This document shows, one piece after another, positions 40,992 through 50,702 of a DNA stretch of 64,000 nt. Every line of letters begins with the position of its first letter. The stretch's first letter is position 1. Under the pieces are notes generated by a model. It was not told the origin of the DNA and did no database searches. It saw only the letters and a program-made list of their open reading frames with translations. The stretch covers positions 163,984 to 227,983 of the forward strand of contig CAWCXJ010000009.1 in assembly GCA_963799485.1 (NCBI GenBank). The letters run 5' to 3'. Both the position numbers and the translations under genes were made by a program. This DNA is from an uncultured Trueperaceae bacterium. GTDB taxonomy: Bacteria > Deinococcota > Deinococci > Deinococcales > Trueperaceae.

Positions 40992-41303
40992 CTAGAACAT
41001 CCCCCCTAAACCGCCCATGCCGCCCATCGCTGAACCCATCTCGGTCTCTTGCAGCTCTTTGGCCTTGCGCTGCGCGTCGTTCACAGCCGCCATTACGAGG
41101 TCTTCAAGGAGCTCGACGTCTTCGGGGTCAACGGTGCCGGGGTCGATCTTTACGGCGGTAATCGAACCGTCGCCGGAAGCGGTCGCCGTCACCAAACCGC
41201 CGCCTGCGCTGCCCGTGACCGACAAGTTCGCCAGTCGCTCCTGCGCTTCCTGCATCTTTTTTTGCGCCTTTTGCGCCTCTTTCATCAGCTTTTGCATGTT
41301 CAT
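40992..41303 (-). CDS. ybaB: YbaB/EbfC nucleoid-associated protein
   Basis: LMKEAQK, GSAGGGLV, DVELLEDLV.AAVNDA; dnaX-ybaB-recR synteny. Confidence 0.95.
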   Translation of the reverse strand: MNMQKLMKEAQKAQKKMQEAQERLANLSVTGSAGGGLVTATASGDGSITAVKIDPGTVDPEDVELLEDLVMAAVNDAQRKAKELQETEMGSAMGGMGGLGGMF

Positions 41304-41339
41304 AAGGGCTCCTTTTTCGCCGTCGTGGTTTTGGCAAAC

Positions 41340-43465
41340 CTAATCAGTGTCGGCGTCTAGTCCTACTTCCAAGTCTACCGTTTCAGGCGTGGCGTCGGCG
41401 TTGTCTGCTTCCGGGGCGGCGGGCGTTTCGGCGCTCTGCCAGCTAGTTACGTGGCCCGGAAACAGCTCGGTCAGGAGGATGAAGCGGGGGTCGGTCGCTA
41501 TGGGCCCGCTCAGCGGTTTTACGGTTTGTGCCGGCGCTCCCTGCGTCTGACGCGTCTCCGGCTGGTTGAAACCGGCTACGTTGTCGTCAGGGTAGCTCTC
41601 CCGCGAGTTTTGCGGCGCTCCGGGGAGGATAGGGTCGTCGCCCCAAAAGTCGGGTGGCAGTTCGTCGGCAAAAGGCTCGGGCGGCAGCGGCGCGGTTTCG
41701 GTGGGCGTCGGTGGAGATGCCGGAACTGTTCCGTCGGCCCGGATGCCGGGAGGAGGCTCGAGCGGTGGCTGAACCGGGCTGGGTTCTGTAACAACAGGTT
41801 CTGTAACAGCAGGTTCTGTGACAGCAGGTTTTACAACAACAGGTTTTACGGCGACAGGTTCTGCGTAGTCGGCTTTTACGGCGGGTTGGGCGCTTCTAGG
41901 TTGTTCGGTACGTCGCTCGGTGGGCGGCTCGGTTTGGCGTGCAGTCGGAGCGGCCCCTGGGCGCTCCGCTACGACTTTTTTGTGACACGTTCCCCCGGCC
42001 CCTCGAGGTGCAGCGTATACCCGTCGCCCAACACGTCTCTGACTAGCGTGACGAGTTCGTCCTGCCGGGTTTTAAGCTGGGTAAAGTGAAACTTGTGCGT
42101 GTCGGCAAACCGTAAAAAGATATCTGAACCCTCGATGTCGGCCTTGGCAGGCAACATAAACGCCTTGAGCTGCGTTCCGGCGCGGCTCTGCACGGTGTGC
42201 CACGAGGCTTTGGGGCGCTCAGGCTTGGCAGCTGGCGTAGATGGCGGCATGGGTTGCGCGGGTGTCGATGACGCCTCTAGGTGGGGCGGACGAACCGGCG
42301 CGGCGCGGCCCGTGGGGTTGAAGTCGGGCAGGTCGTTGGCTGTTGGGGCGGGGCGGGACGTAGGCTGCGCGGGTTGCGGTTGCACGCTCTGAGTCGTTTC
42401 GGAAGCTGATGAATCAGCAACCGGACGAGGGGCGTTTTGCGACAAGGCGTTGACGGCTTTGATGAGGGCGACCTCGAGCGAAAACAGGTCGTCGTAGCGG
42501 ACAAAGCGTTCCATCTCGTCGTCAAGCGCGTGGATCACCCGGAGCAGGTCGTCTTCGCCGAGCGTCAATGAAAACCCTTCGTCGAGCCCGACCTGGGTGT
42601 AGAGCGCGGCCCGCAGCTCCAAAGTCAGACGTTCAGCCAGACTGCGCGGCGCAAACCCGTCACGGTACAAGGCGCTCGCCTCACCGAACATGGCGCTTAG
42701 ATCGCGTTCGGCGAGCGACCGGGCGAGGGTTTGCATCCGGGTTTGTGGCGGCAGACCGAGGGCGCGTTCGGTGTCGTTTAAGGTGATGGTTGCGCCACTC
42801 GCCAGAAGGCGCTCCAGCAACGATTCTGCGTCCCGCATCGCACCGTCGGCGGCGCGGGCGACGAGGGTCAAAGCTCCCGGTTCGGCCTCGACTTTGGCTT
42901 CTTGCGTCAAATGCCCCAGCTTGCTCTCGATTTCAGCCTCAGAAAGCCGGCGAAAGCGGAAGTGCTGCGTCCGTGAAAGGATGGTCGGCGGCAACTTTTC
43001 CGGTTCGGTCGTGGCTAACACAAACACGAGACCTTCGGGGGGTTCCTCGAGCGTCTTTAGCAGCGCGTTCGACGCCGATTTGGATAACATATGCGCTTCG
43101 TCTAGCACCCACACCCGCCGCCCGCCGCGCACCGAAGACAGGTAGACCTTTTCGCGTAAATCGCGGATGTCTTCGACCGAGTTGTTGCTGGCAGCGTCGA
43201 GTTCAATGACGTCCGGGTGGCTTCCCTTTCGTACTAAAAGGCACGACTCGCATTCGCCGCACGGTTTCTCGCCTTGTTCGCAGTTGACCGCCATCGCCAA
43301 AAGCCGCGCCGTCGTGGTTTTCCCGACGCCGCGCGGCCCCGAAAACAGATACGCGTGACCGATGCGACCTTTGGAAAGCGCCGCTTGCAAGGGTGCTTTG
43401 ACGTGTTCCTGACCGATGACCTGGGCAAAAGTAATCGGCCTTGCACGCTGGTAAATCGCCGCCAT
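41340..43465 (-). CDS. dnaX: DNA polymerase III gamma/tau: 498-aa zero-frame product (stop 41969) and predicted ~708-aa -1 frameshift product (stop 41340)
   Basis: FSGPRGVGKTT, DAASN, DEAHML, LLKTLEEPP; A_AAA_AAG at 41975-41981 with the -1 frame open to 41340. Confidence 0.92.
41946..41996 (-). promoter_or_regulatory. Programmed -1 ribosomal frameshift signal in dnaX
   Basis: GGGGGA internal SD-like, 9 nt, A AAA AAG, 6 nt (TCGTAG), stem CGGAGCG/CGCTCCG. Confidence 0.85.
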
Positions 43466-43650
43466 CGGTTTATGCTATCACTCGAGCCGGGCTTTTTTGA
43501 ATTTGTGAGAGGGGGCCTGGGCTCCCCGCTCAACTGCTTCAAGCACGTACCGGCCCGTTCTCAAACGTATAGCTTAGCCCTGCGCTTTCCGGCGCGGAAG
43601 CGTAGGGTTAGTGGAGGAAAGCCACCAGGAGCATATTTAGGAGCATATTT

Positions 43651-44598
43651 ATGACAGCTATAGGATTATTCGTTTTGGGCGGCGGCATTTTGGTCGCAAT
43701 TTACGGTGCGCTCGCAAAACAAGCTTGGATCAGAAACGGTGCGATAGGCGTAGCGCTGCTCGGTCTGCTCGCGGCGAGCTTTGCGGTTGTACCCGCAGGT
43801 CAGACCGGGGTCGTGTTTAACGTTTTCGGCGGTGTTCAGGAGCGTGAACTCGGCGAGGGCTTTCACGTTGTCCTGCCGCTCTTGCAACAAGTGACACTCT
43901 TGTCAACCCGTGACCAGGCTATTGCATTTAACCGCAACGAGGACGACGACATCCCGGCACTCTCGAGAGAAGGCTTGCAGATTACCACCGACGCGACCAT
44001 CCGTTTTCGCATCGACCCGGCTCAGGCCGACGCCATCTTTCAAACGCTCGGCACCGACTACGAAAACACCTTGATCCGCCCGCAGGTGCGCTCGGTCATC
44101 CGCGACCGGATCGCGCAGTACAACGCCGCCGAGGTCATCAGCACGCAGCGGACCGAACTCCAGCAGGGTATCAAAACTACGCTCGCGCAAGAACTCGGCA
44201 AAGGCAATATTATTCTTATCGACGTGCTGCTACGTGATATCCGTATTCCCGAATCGATCAGTCAGGCCATCGAAGAGAAACAACGGGCCGAGCAGCAGGT
44301 GCAGGTCGAGGAGAACCGCAAACGCCAGTCTCTCATCGCCGCCGAGCGGCGCGTCATCGAGGCCGAAGGCGAACGTGACGCCACGATTGCCCGGGCCGAA
44401 GGTGCGGCGCAAGAACTCGAGCTTCGCGGCCGGGCCATACAAAACAACCCCGGTATTATTCAGCTCGAGGTCGCTCAAAAACTCGCGCCCGGGGTGCAGA
44501 CGATTATGCTGCCCAGCGAAGGCAACTTTTTGCTCGATGTGAGGGGGATGCTGGAACCGAACAGTCAAACGCAAGGGGGTCAAACACAGGCAAGATAA
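43651..44598 (+). CDS. SPFH/prohibitin (band 7) family protein
   Basis: VVPAGQTGVVFN, GEGFH, RSVIRD, IRIPESISQAIEEKQ.AEQ coiled coil. Confidence 0.9.
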   Translation: MTAIGLFVLGGGILVAIYGALAKQAWIRNGAIGVALLGLLAASFAVVPAGQTGVVFNVFGGVQERELGEGFHVVLPLLQQVTLLSTRDQAIAFNRNEDDDIPALSREGLQITTDATIRFRIDPAQADAIFQTLGTDYENTLIRPQVRSVIRDRIAQYNAAEVISTQRTELQQGIKTTLAQELGKGNIILIDVLLRDIRIPESISQAIEEKQRAEQQVQVEENRKRQSLIAAERRVIEAEGERDATIARAEGAAQELELRGRAIQNNPGIIQLEVAQKLAPGVQTIMLPSEGNFLLDVRGMLEPNSQTQGGQTQAR

Positions 44599-44639
44599 CG
44601 GGTTTCAGACACATCTTTTTATGACCGTAGTGCTCAGCC

Positions 44640-44870
44640 GTGACATTTTCCCAGCCAAACAGGTATTCACCGAGATTATTCTGGTCGCTGTGGGCCTCGT
44701 CGGGTACTGAGGTAACCCGGCAACACCTACTCTACTTTCCCGTCACCCTGACCTCGGTCGGTTACGGCAACGTCACGCCGACTAAATTTTACGCGCAGTC
44801 TTTTTCGGTGTTCGAGGCGGTTGTCGGGGGGTGTTTACGGCGGTGCTGTTCTTGCGGCTCGTCGGAATGA
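44640..44870 (+). pseudogene. Fragment of a potassium-channel pore domain gene
   Basis: LLYFPVTLTSVGYGNVTP (TxGYG filter-like) ...FEAVVG, with no intact N- or C-terminus. Confidence 0.6.
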
Positions 44871-44913
44871 GCAGTTCGGAGAAGAAATAAAAGGCGACAC
44901 CGAGTTGCGGGTC

Positions 44914-45237
44914 TTACGAAAAAAGCTGCGTCCCGACGTAAGCGACGACGGCCCAGATACCTACGCCGAGTAAGACGACGTGCGTAGCAGCTAGCCCACT
45001 GCGCACCATCACCAGCATCAAGACCAAGATCAGGCTGGTCAGCGCGACCCCCGAAAGTGCGCCCGTTAAAAACACCGAAATATTTTCACTGTTCTCTTTG
45101 TCGATCATCAGGGTAATCAGGGATAAAAAGGTAATCACGGGTAGCACCGCCATGTAACCGCCTAAAGCGGGATAACGTTTGGCGACCAGATTGACTGCGG
45201 CGATAAAAAAAGCTGAGAGTAAAATTTTTGCGATCAT
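44914..45237 (-). CDS. Small membrane protein (DUF3147-like)
   Basis: AKRYPALGGYMAVLP; 4 TM. Confidence 0.6.
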   Translation of the reverse strand: MIAKILLSAFFIAAVNLVAKRYPALGGYMAVLPVITFLSLITLMIDKENSENISVFLTGALSGVALTSLILVLMLVMVRSGLAATHVVLLGVGIWAVVAYVGTQLFS

Positions 45238-45320
45238 AACTCGGCTACCTGACCAACCTTTCCCAATCCGACCGGGCAGTCACCGCCGCACCTGAGCGCC
45301 CGAACGTCCAGCGCCTGAAT

Positions 45321-45950
45321 TCAGTACCCGGCTGCATGTAAAACCAGCCGAACCGCAATAGCCCACATGATGACGCCGCCCAAGCCGTCGACGATTCGCA
45401 GGCTGCCGGGAGCGCTTAAAAACCCGCTGAACCTGGCGGCACCAAAGGTCAACGTAAAAAACCAGAAGATAGAGGCAAAGGTCGCGCCGACGGTGAAAAA
45501 GACCCTGAGCGAGCTTTCGTACCGGGCGGCGTTGCCGCCGATAACGAGCACCGTGTCCAGATAGGTGCTGGGGTTGAGAAAACTCACTGCCAGGATGCCC
45601 GTGACGACGGCGCGTCGCCCGAGTTTGACCTGTGGTGTGAAAGAAAAGAGAGGTGCAAGGCGAAACGCCGCCTTAAACGACCGCCAGCCGTAGGCCAGTA
45701 AAAAAACAGCACCCGCCCAGGCTGCGAGCTGCCCTAGCAGCGGCACGCTTGCAAAAAGACGCCCCGCGCCGCTTGCGCCCAGGCTGATAAGCGCAACGTC
45801 GATCAGGCTGGTCAAGAGCGCGATCATCAAGATAAACTGCCGCTTCAGGCTCTGCTGCAAAACAAAGGCGTTTTGTGGCCCAATCCCGACGATAAGCCCC
45901 AGCCCGAGTAAAAAGCCCTCGCTCAGCGGGATAAGAAGGTGGGGATTCAT
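45321..45950 (-). CDS. LysE/ArgO family amino acid exporter
   Basis: GLIVGIGPQNAFVL, LNPSTYLDT. Confidence 0.9.
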   Translation of the reverse strand: MNPHLLIPLSEGFLLGLGLIVGIGPQNAFVLQQSLKRQFILMIALLTSLIDVALISLGASGAGRLFASVPLLGQLAAWAGAVFLLAYGWRSFKAAFRLAPLFSFTPQVKLGRRAVVTGILAVSFLNPSTYLDTVLVIGGNAARYESSLRVFFTVGATFASIFWFFTLTFGAARFSGFLSAPGSLRIVDGLGGVIMWAIAVRLVLHAAGY

Positions 45951-46213
45951 GGGCCCAATATAGAAAAACAGGCGTGAACAGGGCGTGAACCGACGGCCCT
46001 GCCCACCTCACGCTTTTCGCAAGCTGTCCACTGCAGGATCAACTGTTTGTAACAAGTAGCATCTGGTCGGCAACGCTCTAAGTTCAAGCTTTGTTGACCA
46101 GCACACACCTTCTGACGATAGCCTGTGCCCCTCAAGGGTATACTTGGTGCAACCCTCCCGTGGAAATGCTATTACAGGCCGTTCGTAACGAGGTTCGACA
46201 TGGGGTTACAGCA

Positions 46214-48268
46214 TCAAGGGTTTAGCAGGTGCTCCGCGCTGCTCAGGGGTTCCGGCACCAGTAGTTCCGGCAGATGAAGCCACTCGGCTAAGCGTGAAGG
46301 CACCTCGGTCAAGCTGAGAGGATTTTTACGGCTCTGGGCTTGTTGACTCGGCTCGAGCCCTGCAAGCAGCTTCCGGGCGTGTTCTCTAAGCCAGTATTCG
46401 CTGCCGGGATGCGCTTGGGCCAAACTGAGCAGTTCGGCGGCCTGGGTGACGCGCGCCTCTTTTAGCCACAGCTCAGCCAGGTAGACGAGGGTTTCTAAAA
46501 CCTTTGGCAGTTCCCCTCGAGACCAGGCTGTACGCAAGCTTTCCCCAAACAGAGTGTAGGCCGCAGCCTTATCATCTTGCGCCGCCGCCAACCTGCCAAG
46601 CGTATTTTTTAGGGCGCTGCTGTCTCTGGACTGTCCCCCGTTAGCCTGCATCATCTTCTGGGCTTCGCGGCAGTGTTCGAGCGATTCTCCAAACGCCCCC
46701 AGCTCGTAAAGTGTCCGCGCCAGCATCACCAGAAAATCGCTGATGCGCGACTGAACCCCAAGTGCCCGCGCCTGCGCCAAGCCCTCGGTAAAATAGCCTT
46801 TTGCGTCGTCCAACCGGTTTTGGTACAGGCTGATTTCTCCAAACTGCAGTGGGAGGTGAAGCCGGTCGACACGGTTGCCGCTCAGTCGGTAGCACTCTAA
46901 AGCTTCCTGGGCGTAGGCTCGAGCCTCCTGGTAATTGCCCAGCGACCTTTCGACAATCGCCGTGTTGTTCAGCAAATTGCCCTGCAAGGTGGGTTGCTGT
47001 TGGCCCTTCGGAAAACTGACGGCTCGCCGGTGGTAACGCTGCGCTTTTTTGTAGGCTCCGGTCTTGTTGGCAGTGCAGCCCAGCGCGTTGAGCGCGAGCA
47101 CCGTGATGGTACTGTCGGCAGCGGCTTCTGCCAGCACCAGACCCCGTTCGGCGAGCCGTTCAGCCTCGGCGTAGTGGCCCAGCTGATAGCTGTGCCAGCT
47201 TTCCTCGGTCAGCACAGCGGCCAGCGCGTGACGCTCCCTCGGGTCACTTCCGTCTAAAACGGCAGCCGCCGAACGAAAGAACCCCTGCGCCTCTTGAAAC
47301 CTTGCGCGTCTGGCGAGGTAGTTCGACAGTGCAAAGGTAGCGTGCCGGATATGCTCAGCCTCAACCCGCCGAACTGCCCACTGCCAGGCGGCCCGAACGT
47401 TCTCCCGGTCTCCGTCAAGTGCGCCAAAGGCAACTTGGCTCTCAGCACCCCGTAGCACGCGCCTTTGGTCGGCTAAAAACCTCATAAAGTAGTCTCCGTG
47501 CCGCGCCTCGGTCTGCGCGTATTCGCCGGGCTCCTCAGCGAGTTTTTCCCGGCTGTACTCATAAACCAGCATGTGCCGGTGATACCTGCCCGCATCAGAG
47601 ACTTTGAGTAGCGATTTATCCGCCAAGGCTGCCAGGATAGGCAGCGACGCGCCTGCGACCTCCGCAGCGGCGTTCCGGTTGAACCCACCGACAAAAACCG
47701 AAAGCTTTTTTAGCACCGTTTGTTCCTCGGGGTTTAAGAGCCGCCATGAATGCTCGAACACCGCCCGCAGACTCCGGTGCCTTGCGACCTTGCTGCGGCT
47801 GCTCTCCAGAAAATCGCTGCTCTTGGCAAGCTCGTCGGCGATCTCGATCAGCGGCATGAGGCGCACCCAGCCAGCTGCCAGCTCGAGCCCGCTTAAAAAA
47901 GGTCCCCGGTAGTGTTCCAGCGCGTCGCGCCACCTCATCTCGCGGATGGCTTCGGCAAAGGCGTGCGTGTCTGTTTCGACACACCAGCACAGCCGCCCGC
48001 GCTCGATGATGAGACCGCTTGGAACGTTACGGTTTAAATCCAGTGCGCGCACCCGCCGGAGCAGTTGGCGCAAGTTGTCCTTGGCTTGTTTGTCTGAACG
48101 CTCCGACCAGAACAGGTAATGCAGCTGCTCACGACTTACCCAGTCCCGATGATGTGCCAAATACGCCAGCAGCTGATAGCGCTGGTCTGCTAGAAAAGAG
48201 ATAGAGGTTGGGCCAAGCTGCACCTGAACGCTGCCCAAAAGGTTGACCTGCAACATACTTCTCATCAT
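46214..48268 (-). CDS. AfsR/SARP-type wHTH + TPR regulator apparently lacking its central BTAD/ATPase portion
   Basis: N-terminal LLAYLA..WVSREQL..LFW..NLRQLL; HRSLRAVFEHSWRLL..LSVFVGGF; TPRs; no Walker A visible. Confidence 0.7.
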   Translation of the reverse strand: MMRSMLQVNLLGSVQVQLGPTSISFLADQRYQLLAYLAHHRDWVSREQLHYLFWSERSDKQAKDNLRQLLRRVRALDLNRNVPSGLIIERGRLCWCVETDTHAFAEAIREMRWRDALEHYRGPFLSGLELAAGWVRLMPLIEIADELAKSSDFLESSRSKVARHRSLRAVFEHSWRLLNPEEQTVLKKLSVFVGGFNRNAAAEVAGASLPILAALADKSLLKVSDAGRYHRHMLVYEYSREKLAEEPGEYAQTEARHGDYFMRFLADQRRVLRGAESQVAFGALDGDRENVRAAWQWAVRRVEAEHIRHATFALSNYLARRARFQEAQGFFRSAAAVLDGSDPRERHALAAVLTEESWHSYQLGHYAEAERLAERGLVLAEAAADSTITVLALNALGCTANKTGAYKKAQRYHRRAVSFPKGQQQPTLQGNLLNNTAIVERSLGNYQEARAYAQEALECYRLSGNRVDRLHLPLQFGEISLYQNRLDDAKGYFTEGLAQARALGVQSRISDFLVMLARTLYELGAFGESLEHCREAQKMMQANGGQSRDSSALKNTLGRLAAAQDDKAAAYTLFGESLRTAWSRGELPKVLETLVYLAELWLKEARVTQAAELLSLAQAHPGSEYWLREHARKLLAGLEPSQQAQSRKNPLSLTEVPSRLAEWLHLPELLVPEPLSSAEHLLNP

Positions 48269-48456
48269 TTTAGCCGAAAAGTTCGACCGGTGTGCCCGCT
48301 CGACTTCGTTCGTCCATTCCGTCCTCCGCGTAATAGACGCGGTTTTTGGCGTAAATACGGCAAGGGCATCCTACAGCGTTTTCACCTGACCTGCCGTCGT
48401 GATCTGCGCCGAGGTTGAGCTCGAGCCGCTGTGCAGCGCTCGCTATAATCACGGTT

Positions 48457-48966
48457 ATGTCTTCGCCCGGTCATAAAGCTATCACCATCCGGCACACCGA
48501 ACCGAGTGATTTTAGGGCGCTCTACAAAATCTTTACGCAGCCCGGCGTTATCCGGGGCACGGTGCAACTGCCCTACCCGTCCGCTGAGAGTTGGCGTAAA
48601 AAGCTGGAAAATCCGCCGCCCGACCTTTATAGCCTGGTCGCTTGCGCTGAAGGCGAAGTTGTCGGGAACCTGGGGTTAAGCGTGACCTCGAGACCGAGGC
48701 GGCGGCACGTCGGCGCGCTCGGGATGGCGGTGCATGACGACTGGCAGGGCAGAGGTGTCGGGTCGGCGTTGATGGAGGCGGCAATAGAACTCTCTGAAAA
48801 TTGGCTCAACCTGACCCGGCTCGAGCTCACGGTCTACACCGATAACCTCCCGGTGCTAAAACTTTATGAAAAGTTCGGCTTTGTCCGTGAAGGTACGCTC
48901 CAAAGGTACGCTTTTCGGGAGGGCGTGTTTGTTGACGCTTATGCGATGGCGAGGGTGCGAGCTTAA
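48457..48966 (+). CDS. GNAT acetyltransferase (YhhY-like)
   Basis: RRRHVG.LGMAVHDDWQGRGVG, WLNLTRLELTV, LYEKFGF; TATAAT 7 nt before ATG. Confidence 0.9.
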   Translation: MSSPGHKAITIRHTEPSDFRALYKIFTQPGVIRGTVQLPYPSAESWRKKLENPPPDLYSLVACAEGEVVGNLGLSVTSRPRRRHVGALGMAVHDDWQGRGVGSALMEAAIELSENWLNLTRLELTVYTDNLPVLKLYEKFGFVREGTLQRYAFREGVFVDAYAMARVRA

Positions 48967-49360
48967 CCTAATTTGAGAACCCTAAGGTCGGTCAGGACAA
49001 AATCTTCCCCGACAAAAGCCAGCACCTCAGCGCGGTCTTTCGCCAGCGCGTACGTCATCACATCACCGTAGTTGAGCCCTGCCCGGTGTCCCTGTCCTTT
49101 ACCGTAGCGAAGGTAAGCTTTACGGGCTAGCTCGGTCTGTCCGACGCTTAAGGACACGACCTCGACGTTCAAAGCCAGCATTTATCTAAAACATCGAAAG
49201 CGTCTATACTCGTACGACCTGCGGTAACAGCTTGCGCCTCGATAAGTGAAGCGACCGACAAGAGACGCGCCTCCTGACGCAGCAGCTGAGCGACACTTCT
49301 TTCCCAGCCCGGCTCCTCGAAAAAGACGTGCAACAAGACGCTCGTGTCGATGACCAGCAG
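48963..49360 (-). pseudogene. vapC: VapC (PIN) toxin, frameshifted and without a clear start codon
   Basis: LVIDTSVLLHVFFEEPG in one frame; RYGKGQGHRAGLNYGD..YALAK...GEDF..TD in another; break near 49182. Confidence 0.8.
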
Positions 49361-49600
49361 GGCGTACCGAGTTCATCCTCCAGCTCGGCCTTGTCAGGCA
49401 CTTTCCCGCTATGCTCAGGTAGAACATGGGGATGAACGTTTTGCCTGATCGAGGCAATGACCGTTTCTGCCTCACGCTTTCCCGACAGTTTGGTTTGGTA
49501 AACCTCGAGTGCGTGTACTGCTTCGGGTTTACCTTCTCCTGTAAGGCGTGTGATCTGCTCGGGCAAAACCGCCACACGTTCACTCTTGAGGTTTTTTAAT
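49358..49600 (-). pseudogene. vapB: VapB-like antitoxin, degraded
   Basis: NLKSERVAVL...RLTGEGKPEAV..AL pattern directly upstream of vapC; start and stop damaged. Confidence 0.6.
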
Positions 49601-49769
49601 GGTAGAAGCGTAGCATGGTTTCTACCATCTGATATTTCTGTCTGCAACCGGGCCGGTTTGCTGTGCGCCCGCTAGAAACCTCTTTTGCGAGCCGTCAGGT
49701 AAAAAGAGGGCTCGAGTCCTTAACCCTCATTTCACCGTGCCTGCCGAGTTGTACTTGATAGAGTAGGCT

Positions 49770-50702
49770 GTGTTTTCCGAACCTGCTCCACACCGTCTGG
49801 GTGTAGCTTTAGGCGGCGGCACCGCGCGGGCGTTCGCGCATGTCGGCATTCTTAAAGTCTTGAGCGAGGCCGGACTTTCACCGGAAGTTCTTTCCGGCAC
49901 GAGTTTCGGGTCGCTGATTGCCGCACACTACGCGCTTTACGAGGACGCGGACAAGCTCTGGCGGTGGGCCGAGACGTTTCCGGCAAACGAGGTGTGGCAG
50001 CACGGGCTCGACTTTGGGCTGCACCGGGCGGCGCTGGTCGAGGGGGGCCGGATCGAGGGGTGGCTCGAGCGCACCGTATTTTACGGCGCAACCTTTGCCG
50101 ACCTCAAGCTGCCGCTGCACATCACCTGTACAGACGTTCGCACCGGCGAGCTCGTCGTGCTAAACCGTGAGTCCTATAGCGGGTCTTTGGCCGGGGCGGT
50201 CAGGGCAAGTTGCGCGCTACCGGGGATTACCAGGGCTTTTGAGTTGGGAGGCCGTTTGCTGATAGACGGTGGCTTTGTCTCACCGGTGCCGGTGACGCCG
50301 CTTTTAGGTCAAGCTCAGTTCACGCTCGGCGTTCATACCGGCGTCGCAGTGGAGGGGGCGCGGCCTATCGCACGCTTTCGCAAGTTTCACGCCTCACCCT
50401 TCGGGCAGCGGTGGCACCGCCGTTTTCTAGGCGCGCCCGAACACGCCTACGGAACGCTACTGCGTGGTCTGGCGCGGGCAGGTGCGTCTTATACCAAAGA
50501 CCCGTTGGGGGAACTGCTCACCCTCCCGGACGCACTTTTGCTCCGCGTCGACCCGCCGCTCGCGTGGTGGGACTTACACCGCGCCGCTGCAGGTGCAGAA
50601 GCCGGAGCACGGGCGATGCGTTACGCTTTACCCGAGGTGCAGGCCCGCCTGGAGACGAACGAACCAGCTGAGGGGCAGCGGGTTGCCGAAGGAGTCTTAT
50701 GA
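49770..50702 (+). CDS. Patatin-like phospholipase
   Basis: LGGGTARAFAHVG, GTSFG (GxSxG), IDGG. Confidence 0.9.
   Translation: MFSEPAPHRLGVALGGGTARAFAHVGILKVLSEAGLSPEVLSGTSFGSLIAAHYALYEDADKLWRWAETFPANEVWQHGLDFGLHRAALVEGGRIEGWLERTVFYGATFADLKLPLHITCTDVRTGELVVLNRESYSGSLAGAVRASCALPGITRAFELGGRLLIDGGFVSPVPVTPLLGQAQFTLGVHTGVAVEGARPIARFRKFHASPFGQRWHRRFLGAPEHAYGTLLRGLARAGASYTKDPLGELLTLPDALLLRVDPPLAWWDLHRAAAGAEAGARAMRYALPEVQARLETNEPAEGQRVAEGVL

Noticed and set aside
41451..42089. 212-aa + strand ORF with Cys-rich repeats (RFCNN)
   Set aside because: Antisense of the dnaX -1 frame repeats; the minus-strand reading fits the operon and frameshift signals.
43553..43572. Deinococcal radiation/desiccation response motif upstream of dnaX
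   Set aside because: Only a partial resemblance to the palindrome; too weak to call.
43470..43650. SRP RNA (ffs), often upstream of dnaX
   Set aside because: No CAGG...GGAA...AGCAG domain IV core visible on either strand.
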